Positions 1-10,498 are shown, counted from the stretch's first letter. The stretch: DNA of 64,000 nt from Bacteroidota bacterium (GCA_040388745.1 JAZKBF010000032.1:82246-146245), one strand, 5' to 3'. Notes: generated from the letters alone by a model not told the origin. Made by a program: numbers and translations.

Positions 1-2355
1 TTTATTTGCCGGGGGAGTCGGGATCGTCCCAACATTACTCAGGTAAAACTCATTGGTAGCGTAACAATTCACGGGAGTGGCATTCCCTATATTGGAAGTA
101 ACTTTATAGCGCGGTTTAAAAACAAGGGAGTCATTATCCAGATAGGCAAATCCTCCCGGAAGGCATGCCCCGAGCGTGGAAACACTTAAATTATATTTAA
201 AGATCCTTGTTGATCCACTGTTGGTAATTGTTGGTGCAAAACTAGTGCAGGTGGCAAATAAAAGGCCTGAGCGGTAAACAGTTAGTGTGGCATCTAAAAA
301 ACTAAGACGGTTACCGTTTGAAAAAGAAGAAGAAGCAAAACAGTACTGCCAGGTAGGATAGGTGATGCTTGTTTTAACTTTTCCGTTGAAGCGGGATGTA
401 ATGGTATCACCAAACATGGCTCTGTCAGTTTTTATTTTTGTAAAATCAAGACTTCCTCCAATGTCAGGCAGTCCGTTTCCACCTCCAGCTTCATTGTCGG
501 GCAGACCATAGCTGGTACGCTTCATATCAAAATTGCTAAAGATCATTCCTTCCGGGCACGGAGCAGGACAAATAACACTAATAGCGGTACTTTGGCAGGA
601 AAGACCTATTTCGCAGGCACAAGAACCGTTTGGAACGTAAAAAGATTTTACACTTACAGTACCGGCACCGCCCGTTCCACCACAGCCCGCGCAATTTACC
701 GTTAAGTTAATTTTTACTTCGGCCTGTAAAAGGTTCCATGGAGCGTTTCCGTTAAAAATAGCGGTGACCACATTTCCTGAAGTAGTTACAGAGGTTGGCG
801 TCCATATATTTACCCCGTTGGAACGCAAAATTTGAAGGTTGCCGGCTCCTGCCACGTACGTTAAACAGGGAGGGATGGTAAATTCGAATTTCCAATACGC
901 TCCAGGTCCTACCGGATAAGAGTGTTGGTAATTGGAAAACAAAAAATTAAAGGTACCTGTCTGTCCATTGGTTAATGTAGAAGGGGAACCGTTATTTGCT
1001 AAACTCCCATAAAGTTGGTCATATACCATTCCCCATGCTTCCGTCACTATATAAGTGCTTTGGCAAATATTTTCATAAGTGCCTCTGAAACGCCAGCCGT
1101 TAATATAGTTTTGACCAATGTTTGTACAGGCATTGTAACAGCAACTATAAGTGTTCCATTTTAAATAAAGGGTATCTCCGGCATTAATGTTTGGAATATT
1201 TATGAATACCTTGCCCTTGGGGCTGGTCATACAATTCAGGGCAGCCGTAGCAAATGTACTTGTAGGAGTGATTGAAGCTGGAGAGCCTCCAAAGCCTATT
1301 TGCATAGTAAAACTCGCAGGATCAATGTTTGAACCAACATTAGCATTATAAACAGTTCCTGATGTTGCCTGGAAAATATCCATTATTACATTTACTGCTT
1401 TTCCTAAGCCGGTATTGACAATTTTGAGTTGTTGCAAGCTGGCATTTCCAGCACCAATACATGAATTCATGGAAGGTATCGGGGTAACAACCAAATTTGG
1501 GATCAAATTCGGGAAAACAACATTGCCATTGGAAACTGTTGTCTGGCAATGTTGAGCATTACAGCCCCAATACGCTTCAAATGCGGATGCTACAGAAATG
1601 CAATTAAGAACCTTTACAGTTTCACAGATAATTACGCTCTCTCCATTCTCCAATAAATTATCCCCATCCCCAATACTTACAAAATTACTTCCATTCAATA
1701 CAATGGTTTCAGTAGATCCCGAATTGGTCCAACTACCTGCATTTACTGCTGTAATTTGTACTCCGGAACCGTGAACATCCGTTAATGTAAATTCACTGAG
1801 TTCACCTAATCCCCCATTTGTAACAGTGATGCAGCGAGTGTATATATCTCCTATATTCCCTGTAAAAGATTGATTTGTAACCGCAGAGATGGAAAGGTTG
1901 GGTTGGCGTATAATGTAAGATGAGGTGGTGCTCTGATCGTAATTTGCGGCACCATTTGCGAAATAGTTGACACGGATGCCATTTTCAACAATTCCTCCTC
2001 CGGATAGAAATGCCATCACATCACAACTAACGGAAGCAATATATGTAATATTTAAAGTAGATAAATTAGCAATATTGGGTAATAAAAAAACGGGTTGGTT
2101 TGGAATGCTTGTATATAGCTCGGTTGCACCGGTAATGGATCCCAATTGATAATTTATGCCGGTTGGCATAGTTAATTTTAAAGTATCCTTTGTAAGTAAA
2201 AAAGGAGATGGGTTATAGATAGAAATAGTGAAAGACTTAGTAGCTCCACAAATGGTCATTTGAGTGGGAACCGTACTATTTATAGTAATCATGTTGCCCT
2301 GACCCCAGCCCTGGAAATAGAGAAAAGCGAAAATAAAGGGTAAAAATTTTTTCAT
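1..2355 (-). CDS. Large secreted Cys-rich repeat protein, N-terminal portion only; the gene continues past the window start. It is a possible T9SS cargo or adhesin-like surface protein.
   Basis: ATG at 2353-2355 on the minus strand, with an open frame to position 1 (codon phase checked over the first 240 nt). N-terminus MKKFLPFIFAFLYFQGWGQG looks like a signal peptide. The body is rich in Cys, Gly, Asn, Thr and Ser with repeated CxxC-type segments, and is compositionally similar to the two type-B T9SS proteins at 43-48 kb. The C-terminus lies outside the window, so no sorting domain could be checked. Confidence 0.45.
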   Translation of the reverse strand, partial: MKKFLPFIFAFLYFQGWGQGNMITINSTVPTQMTICGATKSFTISIYNPSPFLLTKDTLKLTMPTGINYQLGSITGATELYTSIPNQPVFLLPNIANLSTLNITYIASVSCDVMAFLSGGGIVENGIRVNYFANGAANYDQSTTSSYIIRQPNLSISAVTNQSFTGNIGDIYTRCITVTNGGLGELSEFTLTDVHGSGVQITAVNAGSWTNSGSTETIVLNGSNFVSIGDGDNLLENGESVIICETVKVLNCISVASAFEAYWGCNAQHCQTTVSNGNVVFPNLIPNLVVTPIPSMNSCIGAGNASLQQLKIVNTGLGKAVNVIMDIFQATSGTVYNANVGSNIDPASFTMQIGFGGSPASITPTSTFATAALNCMTSPKGKVFINIPNINAGDTLYLKWNTYSCCYNACTNIGQNYINGWRFRGTYENICQSTYIVTEAWGMVYDQLYGSLANNGSPSTLTNGQTGTFNFLFSNYQHSYPVGPGAYWKFEFTIPPCLTYVAGAGNLQILRSNGVNIWTPTSVTTSGNVVTAIFNGNAPWNLLQAEVKINLTVNCAGCGGTGGAGTVSVKSFYVPNGSCACEIGLSCQSTAISVICPAPCPEGMIFSNFDMKRTSYGLPDNEAGGGNGLPDIGGSLDFTKIKTDRAMFGDTITSRFNGKVKTSITYPTWQYCFASSSFSNGNRLSFLDATLTVYRSGLLFATCTSFAPTITNSGSTRIFKYNLSVSTLGACLPGGFAYLDNDSLVFKPRYKVTSNIGNATPVNCYATNEFYLSNVGTIPTPPANK

Positions 2356-2376
2356 CCTTTTCTTTTTTACTGAATT

Positions 2377-2395
2377 GAGGTAAAAATTCTACTGC
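2377..2395. other. AT-rich promoter region of the large surface-protein gene; no specific motif called.
   Basis: Position only: the region is directly upstream of the start at 2355 and immediately follows the end of the PKS operon at 2552. This is a weak call. Confidence 0.15.
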
Positions 2396-2551
2396 AATGT
2401 AATAAAAAGATGCAAAAAAATCAAAATTAGTTGCACCGATAGGGCTTTTGCTGTTGTTTTTTTTATTTTTAAGATCGTCTCAAAGGTTGGCTTAAAATAA
2501 GACTAAAGAGCGGTATTTTGACTGGTGGGGTTACTTTTGAGAATTATCGGC

Positions 2552-3712
2552 TTAAAAAGGCTTTCCATGGGTTGATTTAATGATCGTGTTTTTCAAAAAT
2601 GGGATTGCTTTAAGTACCGTAATGGCGATATCAGTCAAGAATTTATTTTTCAATAAATATTGTAAATAGACAGAAAAGTTAATGCGTTTTTGAAATTCTG
2701 ATTTCCAGATCTTTTGATATTTATTTTCTAATTCGGTTCGGGTGATTTCCCCATTGAAATAATTTATCAATAGCTTGTTCAAGAGAAAAGAACTACGCAT
2801 GGCCATACTCATGCCATTTCCAGCGAGTGGGGCAATGTTACCTGCAGCATCACCCAACATCAGAATATTGTTTTCGACAGCTTTTTTATATCCTATTTTA
2901 ATTTGTGAAATAACCAATGGTTTTTCAAATATGAAGTTGGCTTGCGTAAAATATTTTTTCAAAATTGGATTTTGCATTAACACCTGCTCTTCCATTTTTT
3001 TTATATCCCCATTATTGTTTTTCAGATTTTCAGAATCCGTCAGATAACAAAAACAATACTTATTATCTTCAATTTTTGAAATACCGCAATAACCATTCTT
3101 GAAATTATGTAATTCTATCAAATCGTCAGGGAAATCAATGTTTATATGGTACTTTATTCCCACATAATTTTTTTTTCTTTTGCTACCGTTTGTTATGAAC
3201 CAACGGGCTAATTTATTATCTAAATTACTATGCTTGCCCCATGCACCGACACAAACAGAAGCAGAATAATTCCCTTTTTCAGAATCTATTGCAAAACTAT
3301 TGTCATGGAATTTTACATCATTTACTTTGCAATCATCGATCAGTTTTACGCCCTTATTTATTGCAATTTCAGCCAGTTTAGAATCCAGTAAAAAACGACT
3401 TATTCCAAATCCGCCCAAATCAAGCTTATGCTCAAAGCGTTTTCCGGATGGTGATGAAACATTCAGCTTTTTTATTTGCGGCAAATTCATGTCCGATAGG
3501 TTTAGGCCCAATCGTTCCAGGAAATTCCAGGATTCCATTGAAATGTACTCACCACAAACTTTGTGAAAAGGATATTTATGCTTTTCAAATAATATGCAAG
3601 AGTAGCCCGCATCGGCCATTTGAATAGACAACGTTAATCCGGCCAAACCACCGCCAATAATAGCGATCTGATATTGATTGTTTTCTTTTATTTGATTTTT
3701 TTCTTGAGCCAC
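2552..3712 (-). CDS. FAD-dependent oxidoreductase or monooxygenase of the geranylgeranyl-reductase-like flavoprotein family. Last gene of the type III PKS operon and a SrsC-like candidate.
   Basis: N-terminal Rossmann dinucleotide motif IAIIGGGLAGLTLS and a 386-aa flavoprotein-like layout. The same-strand gene neighbourhood matches the srsC position. Confidence 0.8.
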   Translation of the reverse strand: MAQEKNQIKENNQYQIAIIGGGLAGLTLSIQMADAGYSCILFEKHKYPFHKVCGEYISMESWNFLERLGLNLSDMNLPQIKKLNVSSPSGKRFEHKLDLGGFGISRFLLDSKLAEIAINKGVKLIDDCKVNDVKFHDNSFAIDSEKGNYSASVCVGAWGKHSNLDNKLARWFITNGSKRKKNYVGIKYHINIDFPDDLIELHNFKNGYCGISKIEDNKYCFCYLTDSENLKNNNGDIKKMEEQVLMQNPILKKYFTQANFIFEKPLVISQIKIGYKKAVENNILMLGDAAGNIAPLAGNGMSMAMRSSFLLNKLLINYFNGEITRTELENKYQKIWKSEFQKRINFSVYLQYLLKNKFLTDIAITVLKAIPFLKNTIIKSTHGKPF

Positions 3713-3725
3713 TCAATAAATTGAT

Positions 3726-4193
3726 CTAACTGTTTTTAAAGTCTTTCCAGGTAAAGATCAAGGGTAACGCCTTTTGGAGGATAGAAAAAACATTAATTAA
3801 ATATACCTGAAAATAAACATTATAATAAAAGCAAACAGCAGAATCTAAAATAACCCATGTGCCAAATGCTACCATAATGGCATTGCGAGCCCAACGTTCC
3901 TTCCTTTTGAAAGGATACCAAGCTATATACGCAAGTAAAATATAGGAGCATGCAATTGTGCCACCTAATGGGCCACAAATAAAAAATAAAAAAGGTTCAA
4001 GGTCTGTCGGTATATTTTGTTGATGCAAAAAAAGACGCGCAAGCGCTTGAATGTAGGGCGTGAATAATGGATTGTTACCATAGAGAGCGAGGACAATTCC
4101 AAATAAAACAAACAGCAAGCTGGTATAGAAAAGCCATCTTTGCCAAAAAAGAAAGGAGCTTATTTTTTTTGAACCTTTATTGATGTCCTGCAT
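3726..4193 (-). CDS. Small polytopic membrane protein of unknown function inside the PKS operon.
   Basis: Multiple hydrophobic helices (LFYTSLLFVLFGIVLALY, ILLAYIAWYPF, IMVAFGTWVILDSAVCFYY). Overlaps the upstream methyltransferase stop by 17 nt on the same strand, which suggests translational coupling. Confidence 0.5.
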   Translation of the reverse strand: MQDINKGSKKISSFLFWQRWLFYTSLLFVLFGIVLALYGNNPLFTPYIQALARLFLHQQNIPTDLEPFLFFICGPLGGTIACSYILLAYIAWYPFKRKERWARNAIMVAFGTWVILDSAVCFYYNVYFQVYLINVFSILQKALPLIFTWKDFKNS

Positions 4194-4902
4194 ACTTTCC
4201 GTTTCGATGAATAATTAAATAACGGAAAGCCCACATCCATTTCATATCAACATTTTTTACTTCAGCTTTCTCCAATATTTTTTTTAACTCTGTGTTTTTA
4301 AATCCCCGCAACACGGAGAGTGGCGCATCGTTCCTAACTAATGATGATCCGTTTAATAAGCGGGTTAAAAGTTTAATACTGTAATACGCAAACCAGTGCC
4401 GATGTAGATCATTTATCACAAAACCTATTTTAGCATATTGTTTTATGCAGGTAAAAAGTTCTATTAATTCATCATCTTTTAAATGATGGCAAAACAAAGA
4501 ACAATGAATAATATCAACTGTATCATCATTTTTTAAAAACTCACGGAAATCATTATTCACTCCATTGATCTCGGGATAATCTTTGCAATAACTTTTCAAA
4601 TAATTTATGGCATCATTATTAAAATCGACTCCGGTTAATTTTACTTTATAGTTATTTTGTTTTGCCCATTTAGCAATCCTTTTCATCGCATCTCCTCCGC
4701 CACAGCCAATATCAACAATATGGTATATCTTGTTTTTATCTGTAAGCAGTTCTTTTATTCCGGCAAGTGTAACAGAATGCCCGCCAAGTGTTTGGTTGAT
4801 GAGATCGAGTTCTTTTAAATTTTGAAATAATAATTCTGTAGGAATGTTGGGAGCATCCAGTAATTCAGATTCGTAGGACCGATGGGAAAATTTATTGTTC
4901 AT
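4177..4902 (-). CDS. Class I SAM-dependent methyltransferase; SrsB-like candidate.
   Basis: Motif I VDIGCGGGD followed by an acidic residue, in a 241-aa protein. Lies between the PKS and the flavoprotein genes on the same strand. Confidence 0.8.
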   Translation of the reverse strand: MNNKFSHRSYESELLDAPNIPTELLFQNLKELDLINQTLGGHSVTLAGIKELLTDKNKIYHIVDIGCGGGDAMKRIAKWAKQNNYKVKLTGVDFNNDAINYLKSYCKDYPEINGVNNDFREFLKNDDTVDIIHCSLFCHHLKDDELIELFTCIKQYAKIGFVINDLHRHWFAYYSIKLLTRLLNGSSLVRNDAPLSVLRGFKNTELKKILEKAEVKNVDMKWMWAFRYLIIHRNGKYAGHQ

Positions 4903-4926
4903 GCTATTGGGAAATACAACAGGTTA

Positions 4927-6021
4927 TTAAAAACGGAAAAGTGCTGTTTCGATGCTTAATCCAGGGCCAAACCCAATTGAAAAAACAGAATCATTTTTGT
5001 TTCGTTTCTCTTCCATGAATTCATTCAATACAAACAAAATGGTAGGGGACGACATATTACCATATTCATCCAATATTTTATAGGAATATTTTAAATCCTC
5101 CTCATTAAGTTGCAACTCTTTTTTTATAGTGTCCAATATTTTTTTTCCTCCCGGATGTACTGCCCATTTTTTAATGGTGTTCGGCTCTATATTAAATTTT
5201 TTACTTGCTTTCAAAATAATAGCATTGATCTCACTCCCAATGAAATCGGGTATTTTTGCGTCTAATATCATTTCAAAATTTACAGGTGTGATATTCCAGC
5301 CCATTAGATCTTTTCCTTTTGGAAGTAATAATGAATAAAATCCATTGATCGCTAAACTGTTCTGCTTAGGATCATTTTGATACTTATCTGAGGTTATAAT
5401 TACTGCGGCAGCTCCATCGCCAAAAATGGTATTTGATAATAAATTATCGTGATTGTTTTTCGGCTGAAAATGCAATGTACAGAGCTCCACACAAACGATC
5501 AGCACTTTTGCATTGTCATCAGATTTTGTAATAAGATCAGCAATTTTTAGTGCATGGAAAGCAGCATTGCAACCTAAAAAATTAACAGATATGTGAAAAA
5601 TATCATTCGGTAAATTAAGTTCTTCAATTAATTCGGCATCAATTCCGGGGGCATACAAACCGGTACAGGAAACGGTAATTAAATGGGTGAATCCAAAATC
5701 GGAAAGGTTAGAATTGATTTTTTTTAAAGCATTGCTTATCGCTTTAATAGCAAGCGGAACAGCTTTTTCTTTAAAAATGTTTAATCTGTAATCAACAGTT
5801 GAGGTGTCAGGTGTTCCATTGAAAAGAACGTGCTTTGATTTTGTTTTATCAAAATCTGGAATAGTAGAATATCGAGTACTAATCCCACTATGCTTGAATA
5901 GAACATTTAGCTTACGTGACGCTACATCATCGCTGTAAGCATCCTTCATAAAGCCAAGTATAACACTTTGTTCGGTGCCATATTCAGGGACTGCTGTTCC
6001 GATGGAAATTATTTTACTCAT
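4927..6021 (-). CDS. Type III polyketide synthase of the chalcone/stilbene synthase superfamily. Likely an alkylresorcinol or alkylpyrone synthase; SrsA/ArsB-like.
   Basis: 364 aa with an active-site Cys context ITVSCTGLYAPG, a C-terminal HPGGKKILD motif and a GFGPGLSIETALF tail, all typical of type III PKS. Confidence 0.85.
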   Translation of the reverse strand: MSKIISIGTAVPEYGTEQSVILGFMKDAYSDDVASRKLNVLFKHSGISTRYSTIPDFDKTKSKHVLFNGTPDTSTVDYRLNIFKEKAVPLAIKAISNALKKINSNLSDFGFTHLITVSCTGLYAPGIDAELIEELNLPNDIFHISVNFLGCNAAFHALKIADLITKSDDNAKVLIVCVELCTLHFQPKNNHDNLLSNTIFGDGAAAVIITSDKYQNDPKQNSLAINGFYSLLLPKGKDLMGWNITPVNFEMILDAKIPDFIGSEINAIILKASKKFNIEPNTIKKWAVHPGGKKILDTIKKELQLNEEDLKYSYKILDEYGNMSSPTILFVLNEFMEEKRNKNDSVFSIGFGPGLSIETALFRF

Positions 6022-6088
6022 TTGTTTTTTTAAAATTATCGATAATATCGATTTGTCTTTTAAATTGCCGCGACTGCCGTAAATGGTA

Positions 6089-6994
6089 CTAAAACCAACC
6101 CAAAATGTTATTCGTAATTAGAATTAAAAAGTAGATGTTCATACAAGTGGATGCCCAAAAATTCATTGCCATTGTATTTTCAAAATCTGCATTAGCCGTA
6201 TTTTTTCTGACCTCATTAAACCAATACATCAATCGAAGTATGACTGGAAGCATCATTAAGGAAAACATGATAAAAGCTATTCGCTGATGTTTTAGATCGA
6301 AATAATAAAATAATAAAATGGTCGCCAGTAAAAAAAATACAGAGGAAAACAAAAATGTACCGATATATCCGAGTCTATAACTGATGGTATTTACTCCATC
6401 TTTTTTATCAGCCTGGTGCTGATATATTTGAGTTAGCGGATAAACACTACCAATAAATAAACTTGACACGGTCATACAAATGATATTGTTTGTTGAGAAA
6501 AAGTGCCCAATTGAAAAATCTGTTGTTGCTGACGAAACCATTAAATAGGTGAAGGCTCCCTGAAAAATCATGACCGTTAAAAATCCGGGAATAGCATATT
6601 TTTTCAATCGTAAATTTCGGTAGCTGTAAGCGCGGGAAATAAGTATATACAGGAAAACAAATACTGAAAAATAAACAGAAACAAACAATGCGCTTAATAC
6701 GCCAATTATATCCAGCAATAATGTTACAAAGAACAAATTTTTGGTAACTTTTGGTGGATACTTTAAACCACCAATGCTTGTTTCGTCACGATCCTGATAG
6801 CTGTTGTATCCGTTGCTTGAGGGGTAAATGAAGAGGTGAAGGATCACAAATGCAATTGCGGTTGATTGCCAGTTAACAGAATTTGTCTGGCTTAGCGCAA
6901 ACAAAAATACCGGCATTAAATGATAGGAGAATGGCAAACGAAGGTGCTTAACAGTGCTTTTATCAAACCAAAGTGCAATGTTTAGATTCGCCAT
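6089..6994 (-). CDS. UbiA-superfamily aromatic prenyltransferase-like integral membrane protein.
   Basis: 301 aa with about 8-9 transmembrane helices. An Asp-rich segment NSYQDRDETSIGG and a second segment QADKKDG resemble the two UbiA Asp-rich motifs. It is the first gene of the same-strand operon with the PKS. Confidence 0.55.
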   Translation of the reverse strand: MANLNIALWFDKSTVKHLRLPFSYHLMPVFLFALSQTNSVNWQSTAIAFVILHLFIYPSSNGYNSYQDRDETSIGGLKYPPKVTKNLFFVTLLLDIIGVLSALFVSVYFSVFVFLYILISRAYSYRNLRLKKYAIPGFLTVMIFQGAFTYLMVSSATTDFSIGHFFSTNNIICMTVSSLFIGSVYPLTQIYQHQADKKDGVNTISYRLGYIGTFLFSSVFFLLATILLFYYFDLKHQRIAFIMFSLMMLPVILRLMYWFNEVRKNTANADFENTMAMNFWASTCMNIYFLILITNNILGWF

Positions 6995-7137
6995 ATTTAA
7001 ATAAAAAAATTCTAGTTAAAAAAATTCCAATTTCTAAAAATATTGTAATAATACAGTAGTGCCGGAATATTTCGTTGAAAACTGGTTATTAATAGCCAGG
7101 TATGCTTAAATATAAATTTGAAAACAATAAAGAAAAA

Positions 7138-8583
7138 CTATTTCAACTTGATACATACATTTTTAGGCTCGGTAAAAAAATCAAAAGCTTCAAAGCCGCC
7201 TTCTCTGCCTACTCCAGAGCTTTTTACTCCTCCAAACGGAGTTCGCAGATCACGAAGTAACCAACAGTTTATCCAAACAATGCCAGCGTGTAACATGCCA
7301 GCAACGCGGTGTGCGCGAGTTAAGCTTTCTGTCCATACAATAGCTGATAAACCATATTGAGTGCTGTTCGCATACATTAATACTTCTTCCTCTGTTTCAA
7401 AAGGAGTAAGAGTTACAACGGGACCAAAAATTTCTTCCTGATTTGTTCTGCAATTGTATGCCAACCCTTCAATTACAGTAGGGGCAATATAATATCCTTC
7501 GGAGAATTCACCATCCAGTTTCACTTGATGGCCTCCGGCTAATATCTTACCGCCTTCTTGTTTTGCTAATTCAACATAGGATAAAATTTTTTCCATGTGA
7601 GTTTTTGAAACTACAGCACCCAATCGGCTTTCGGCATCAGCGGGATTTCCCACTTTTAATGTTTTTACTTTTGAGATAAATTCGTTTTTGAATTTTTCAT
7701 AAATAGATCTTTCAATAAAAATGCGTGACCCGCAAAGGCATATCTGCCCTTGATTTGCGAAGGATGAGTGTAATGTTGTTTTAATGGCATTTTCTAGATC
7801 GCAATCGGCAAAAATGATATTCGGGTTTTTTCCTCCTAATTCCAAGGATATTTTTTTGAACATAGGAGCGGCAACCCGTGCAATTTCGGCACCTGTTTTT
7901 GTTCCCCCGGTAAAAGATATCAAAGGGATTTTTGGATGGGCTGAAATGGCAGCTCCAACCTTATGTCCATAACCATGTACAATATTTAGAACCCCTTTTG
8001 GTAAACCGGCTTCAATACAAAGTTCGGAAAGTAAATAGGCCGTCATAGGAGTGATCTCTGATGGTTTTGCAACCACGCAATTTCCGGATGCGATTGCCGG
8101 TGCAATTTTCCAGGTGAATAAATATAGTGGTAAATTCCAGGGAGAAATGCATCCTGCAACACCAACCGGTGTGCGTAATGTATAGTTGATTGCAGTATCT
8201 TCCATTGCGTGGCATTGGGAAGCATAATGCAATATACCTGTTGCATAAAAATGAAAATTACTTGCAGCACGAGGGATATCAATTATTCTGGCTAATGATA
8301 TTGGTTTGCCATTATCAATAGATTCGGCAATCGCTAAACGATCTAAATTTTTTTCGATAAGTTCAGAAATTTTCAACATGATGCGCGAGCGTTCCTCTTT
8401 TGGCGTTACCGACCATTTCGGGAAGGCCGCTAAAGCTGCTTCAGTAGCAAGGTTTACATCCTGTTCGTCTGAATCAGGAATGAGGGAATATACCTTTCCC
8501 GTTGCAGGATTATAATTATCTATATACTGGTTAGATGTAGGCTCAATAAGTTCACCGTTGATATAATTTTTTATTTTTTGCAT
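7138..8583 (-). CDS. NAD(P)-dependent aldehyde dehydrogenase.
   Basis: 481-aa ALDH fold with the catalytic segments FTGGTKTG, ELGGKNP and GQICLCGSR (catalytic Cys). Confidence 0.85.
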   Translation of the reverse strand: MQKIKNYINGELIEPTSNQYIDNYNPATGKVYSLIPDSDEQDVNLATEAALAAFPKWSVTPKEERSRIMLKISELIEKNLDRLAIAESIDNGKPISLARIIDIPRAASNFHFYATGILHYASQCHAMEDTAINYTLRTPVGVAGCISPWNLPLYLFTWKIAPAIASGNCVVAKPSEITPMTAYLLSELCIEAGLPKGVLNIVHGYGHKVGAAISAHPKIPLISFTGGTKTGAEIARVAAPMFKKISLELGGKNPNIIFADCDLENAIKTTLHSSFANQGQICLCGSRIFIERSIYEKFKNEFISKVKTLKVGNPADAESRLGAVVSKTHMEKILSYVELAKQEGGKILAGGHQVKLDGEFSEGYYIAPTVIEGLAYNCRTNQEEIFGPVVTLTPFETEEEVLMYANSTQYGLSAIVWTESLTRAHRVAGMLHAGIVWINCWLLRDLRTPFGGVKSSGVGREGGFEAFDFFTEPKNVCIKLK

Positions 8584-8841
8584 AATACTGATGTAACGAA
8601 TTTGTTTTTTAATTCTAATTAAGGGTAGCGTAATTGTTTCGATAATATCGGTTTAAAGAAACTGGTTATGCTAGATCCCGTATTGTAAAAGTACAAAATA
8701 ATTAAAGGGTATAAATTTGTGATTATCTAAATGTTGGAATGGCTTGAATACTACTAACAAGTGGATTAGAACAATGTTAAAATATGTTAAGGTTCTATGG
8801 GCTGAATGGAATAGCTTACTTTTGTAGTTCGGATCTAAGTT

Positions 8842-10455
8842 TTGATGAATAAAAACAATGTTAAAATAATAATTACAATGGCAAGTCTCGCCATGATTGG
8901 CTTAATTGCCATTCAGGTGTATTGGATCAACAATGCCATGACATTGAGTAAACAACGGTTTGAACAAAATGTGAATGAAGCTTTGAGCAATGTTGTTTCC
9001 CGGATGGAAAAACAAATTACAGCCTCTAAAATCCGTAAGAAATTTAATTTTCGCAAACAAGGTATTCGCTGGTTCAGTCCAATCGATTCATTGGCCAGAA
9101 CATCTGAATTTATTACTGATTCAAAATCAGATAAAAATGATTTTACGCTGCAAAAAGACAAAATAAACGTAAAGATCTACGAAGAGTATTCATCAGATTC
9201 CAATGGCGTAATTGTCAAAAAATCGCGCCATAAAAATTATTTGAGTGATAGTGCAACCTCTGAAATGAGCGGACTCACCGAGATGGACGTTCCAACCTAT
9301 ATCCACCAATTTAATTCCGGGGAATTACGTGATAAATGGTTTTCGCAGAAGAAAAATATGGTCAATGATATTTTTGATGAATTGGTAAGTATCAATATAT
9401 ATAATGACTACAGCAATAAGATTGATACACTTCTTTTAGATTCAGTGATCCAACGAGAACTCCTTGAAAAAGGTATTTCCGCTGATTATGTTTTTGGTGT
9501 CCTGCCTTCGAAAATACCTCCAACTGATATAAGCAAACTTTCTGAAAAAGAAACATTTTTATACACATCTAATTTTAAAATAAATTTATCACCAGATAAC
9601 GTATTTATTAAGCCGCAGTATTTATCCATATACTTTCCTGACCAACGCAATTATTTGTTGAGTTCTATGGGCTTTATGCTTGTAATTTCAGGTGCCTTTA
9701 TGATTGTTATCGTCTTTTCCTTTTATTACACAGTTTCAACCATTTTTAAGCAGAAAAAGCTATCTGAAATTAAAAATGATTTTATCAGCAATATGACGCA
9801 TGAGTTTAAAACCCCTATTTCTACTATATCATTGGCATGTGAAGTGTTAAATGACAAAACCTTTGAAAAATCGCCTGAAAGGGTTAGTAATTATGTGAAA
9901 ATGATCGGTGATGAGAACAAACGTTTAAGTTTATTGGTTGAAAATATTTTGCAAACTGCCATACTTGATAAAGGGGAGTTCAAATTAAAAATTCAAAGTA
10001 TTGATATTCATTCGTTGATCGAACAAACAATAGCGAATATTAAATTGCAGGTGGAGAATAAAGAAGGCGAAATTACCACTGAGTTAAAAGCCACAACGCC
10101 AATAATAAACGCTGATAAGATCCACGTAACAAATATTGTTTTTAATTTGATCGATAATGCCTTAAAATATTCACGTGGCAAACCAAAGATCAAGATCGGC
10201 ACCTATAATGATGAAGCTGGTATTTTTATTTCCGTTACAGATAATGGAATAGGTATAAATAAGGAAAACCAAAAACGGATTTTTGATACGATGTATCGGG
10301 TTCCAACCGGCAATATTCATAATGTAAAAGGTTTTGGATTGGGCCTGAGTTACGTTAAAGCGGTGGTTGAAAAACATGGCGGTTCTATTAGTGTAGAGAG
10401 CGAGCTGGGTAAGGGAAGCAGCTTTACAGTATATTTGCCAATTAATGTGGCATAA
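8842..10455 (+). CDS. Membrane sensor histidine kinase.
   Basis: N-terminal transmembrane segment, a second transmembrane segment around residue 270, an H-box MTHEFKTPIST, an N-box LIDNALKYS and the G-boxes DNGIGI and GFGLGLSYV. Confidence 0.85.
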   Translation: MMNKNNVKIIITMASLAMIGLIAIQVYWINNAMTLSKQRFEQNVNEALSNVVSRMEKQITASKIRKKFNFRKQGIRWFSPIDSLARTSEFITDSKSDKNDFTLQKDKINVKIYEEYSSDSNGVIVKKSRHKNYLSDSATSEMSGLTEMDVPTYIHQFNSGELRDKWFSQKKNMVNDIFDELVSINIYNDYSNKIDTLLLDSVIQRELLEKGISADYVFGVLPSKIPPTDISKLSEKETFLYTSNFKINLSPDNVFIKPQYLSIYFPDQRNYLLSSMGFMLVISGAFMIVIVFSFYYTVSTIFKQKKLSEIKNDFISNMTHEFKTPISTISLACEVLNDKTFEKSPERVSNYVKMIGDENKRLSLLVENILQTAILDKGEFKLKIQSIDIHSLIEQTIANIKLQVENKEGEITTELKATTPIINADKIHVTNIVFNLIDNALKYSRGKPKIKIGTYNDEAGIFISVTDNGIGINKENQKRIFDTMYRVPTGNIHNVKGFGLGLSYVKAVVEKHGGSISVESELGKGSSFTVYLPINVA

Positions 10456-10498
10456 TAATTTTATGAATTTAGATTAGATACTAAACTTTACAAATAAA

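Noticed and set aside
2775-3566. Two plus-strand ORFs (90 aa and 88 aa) inside the FAD oxidoreductase gene.
   Set aside because: They are fully embedded antisense to a well-supported flavoprotein CDS and have no domain signal. They are typical AT-rich shadow ORFs.
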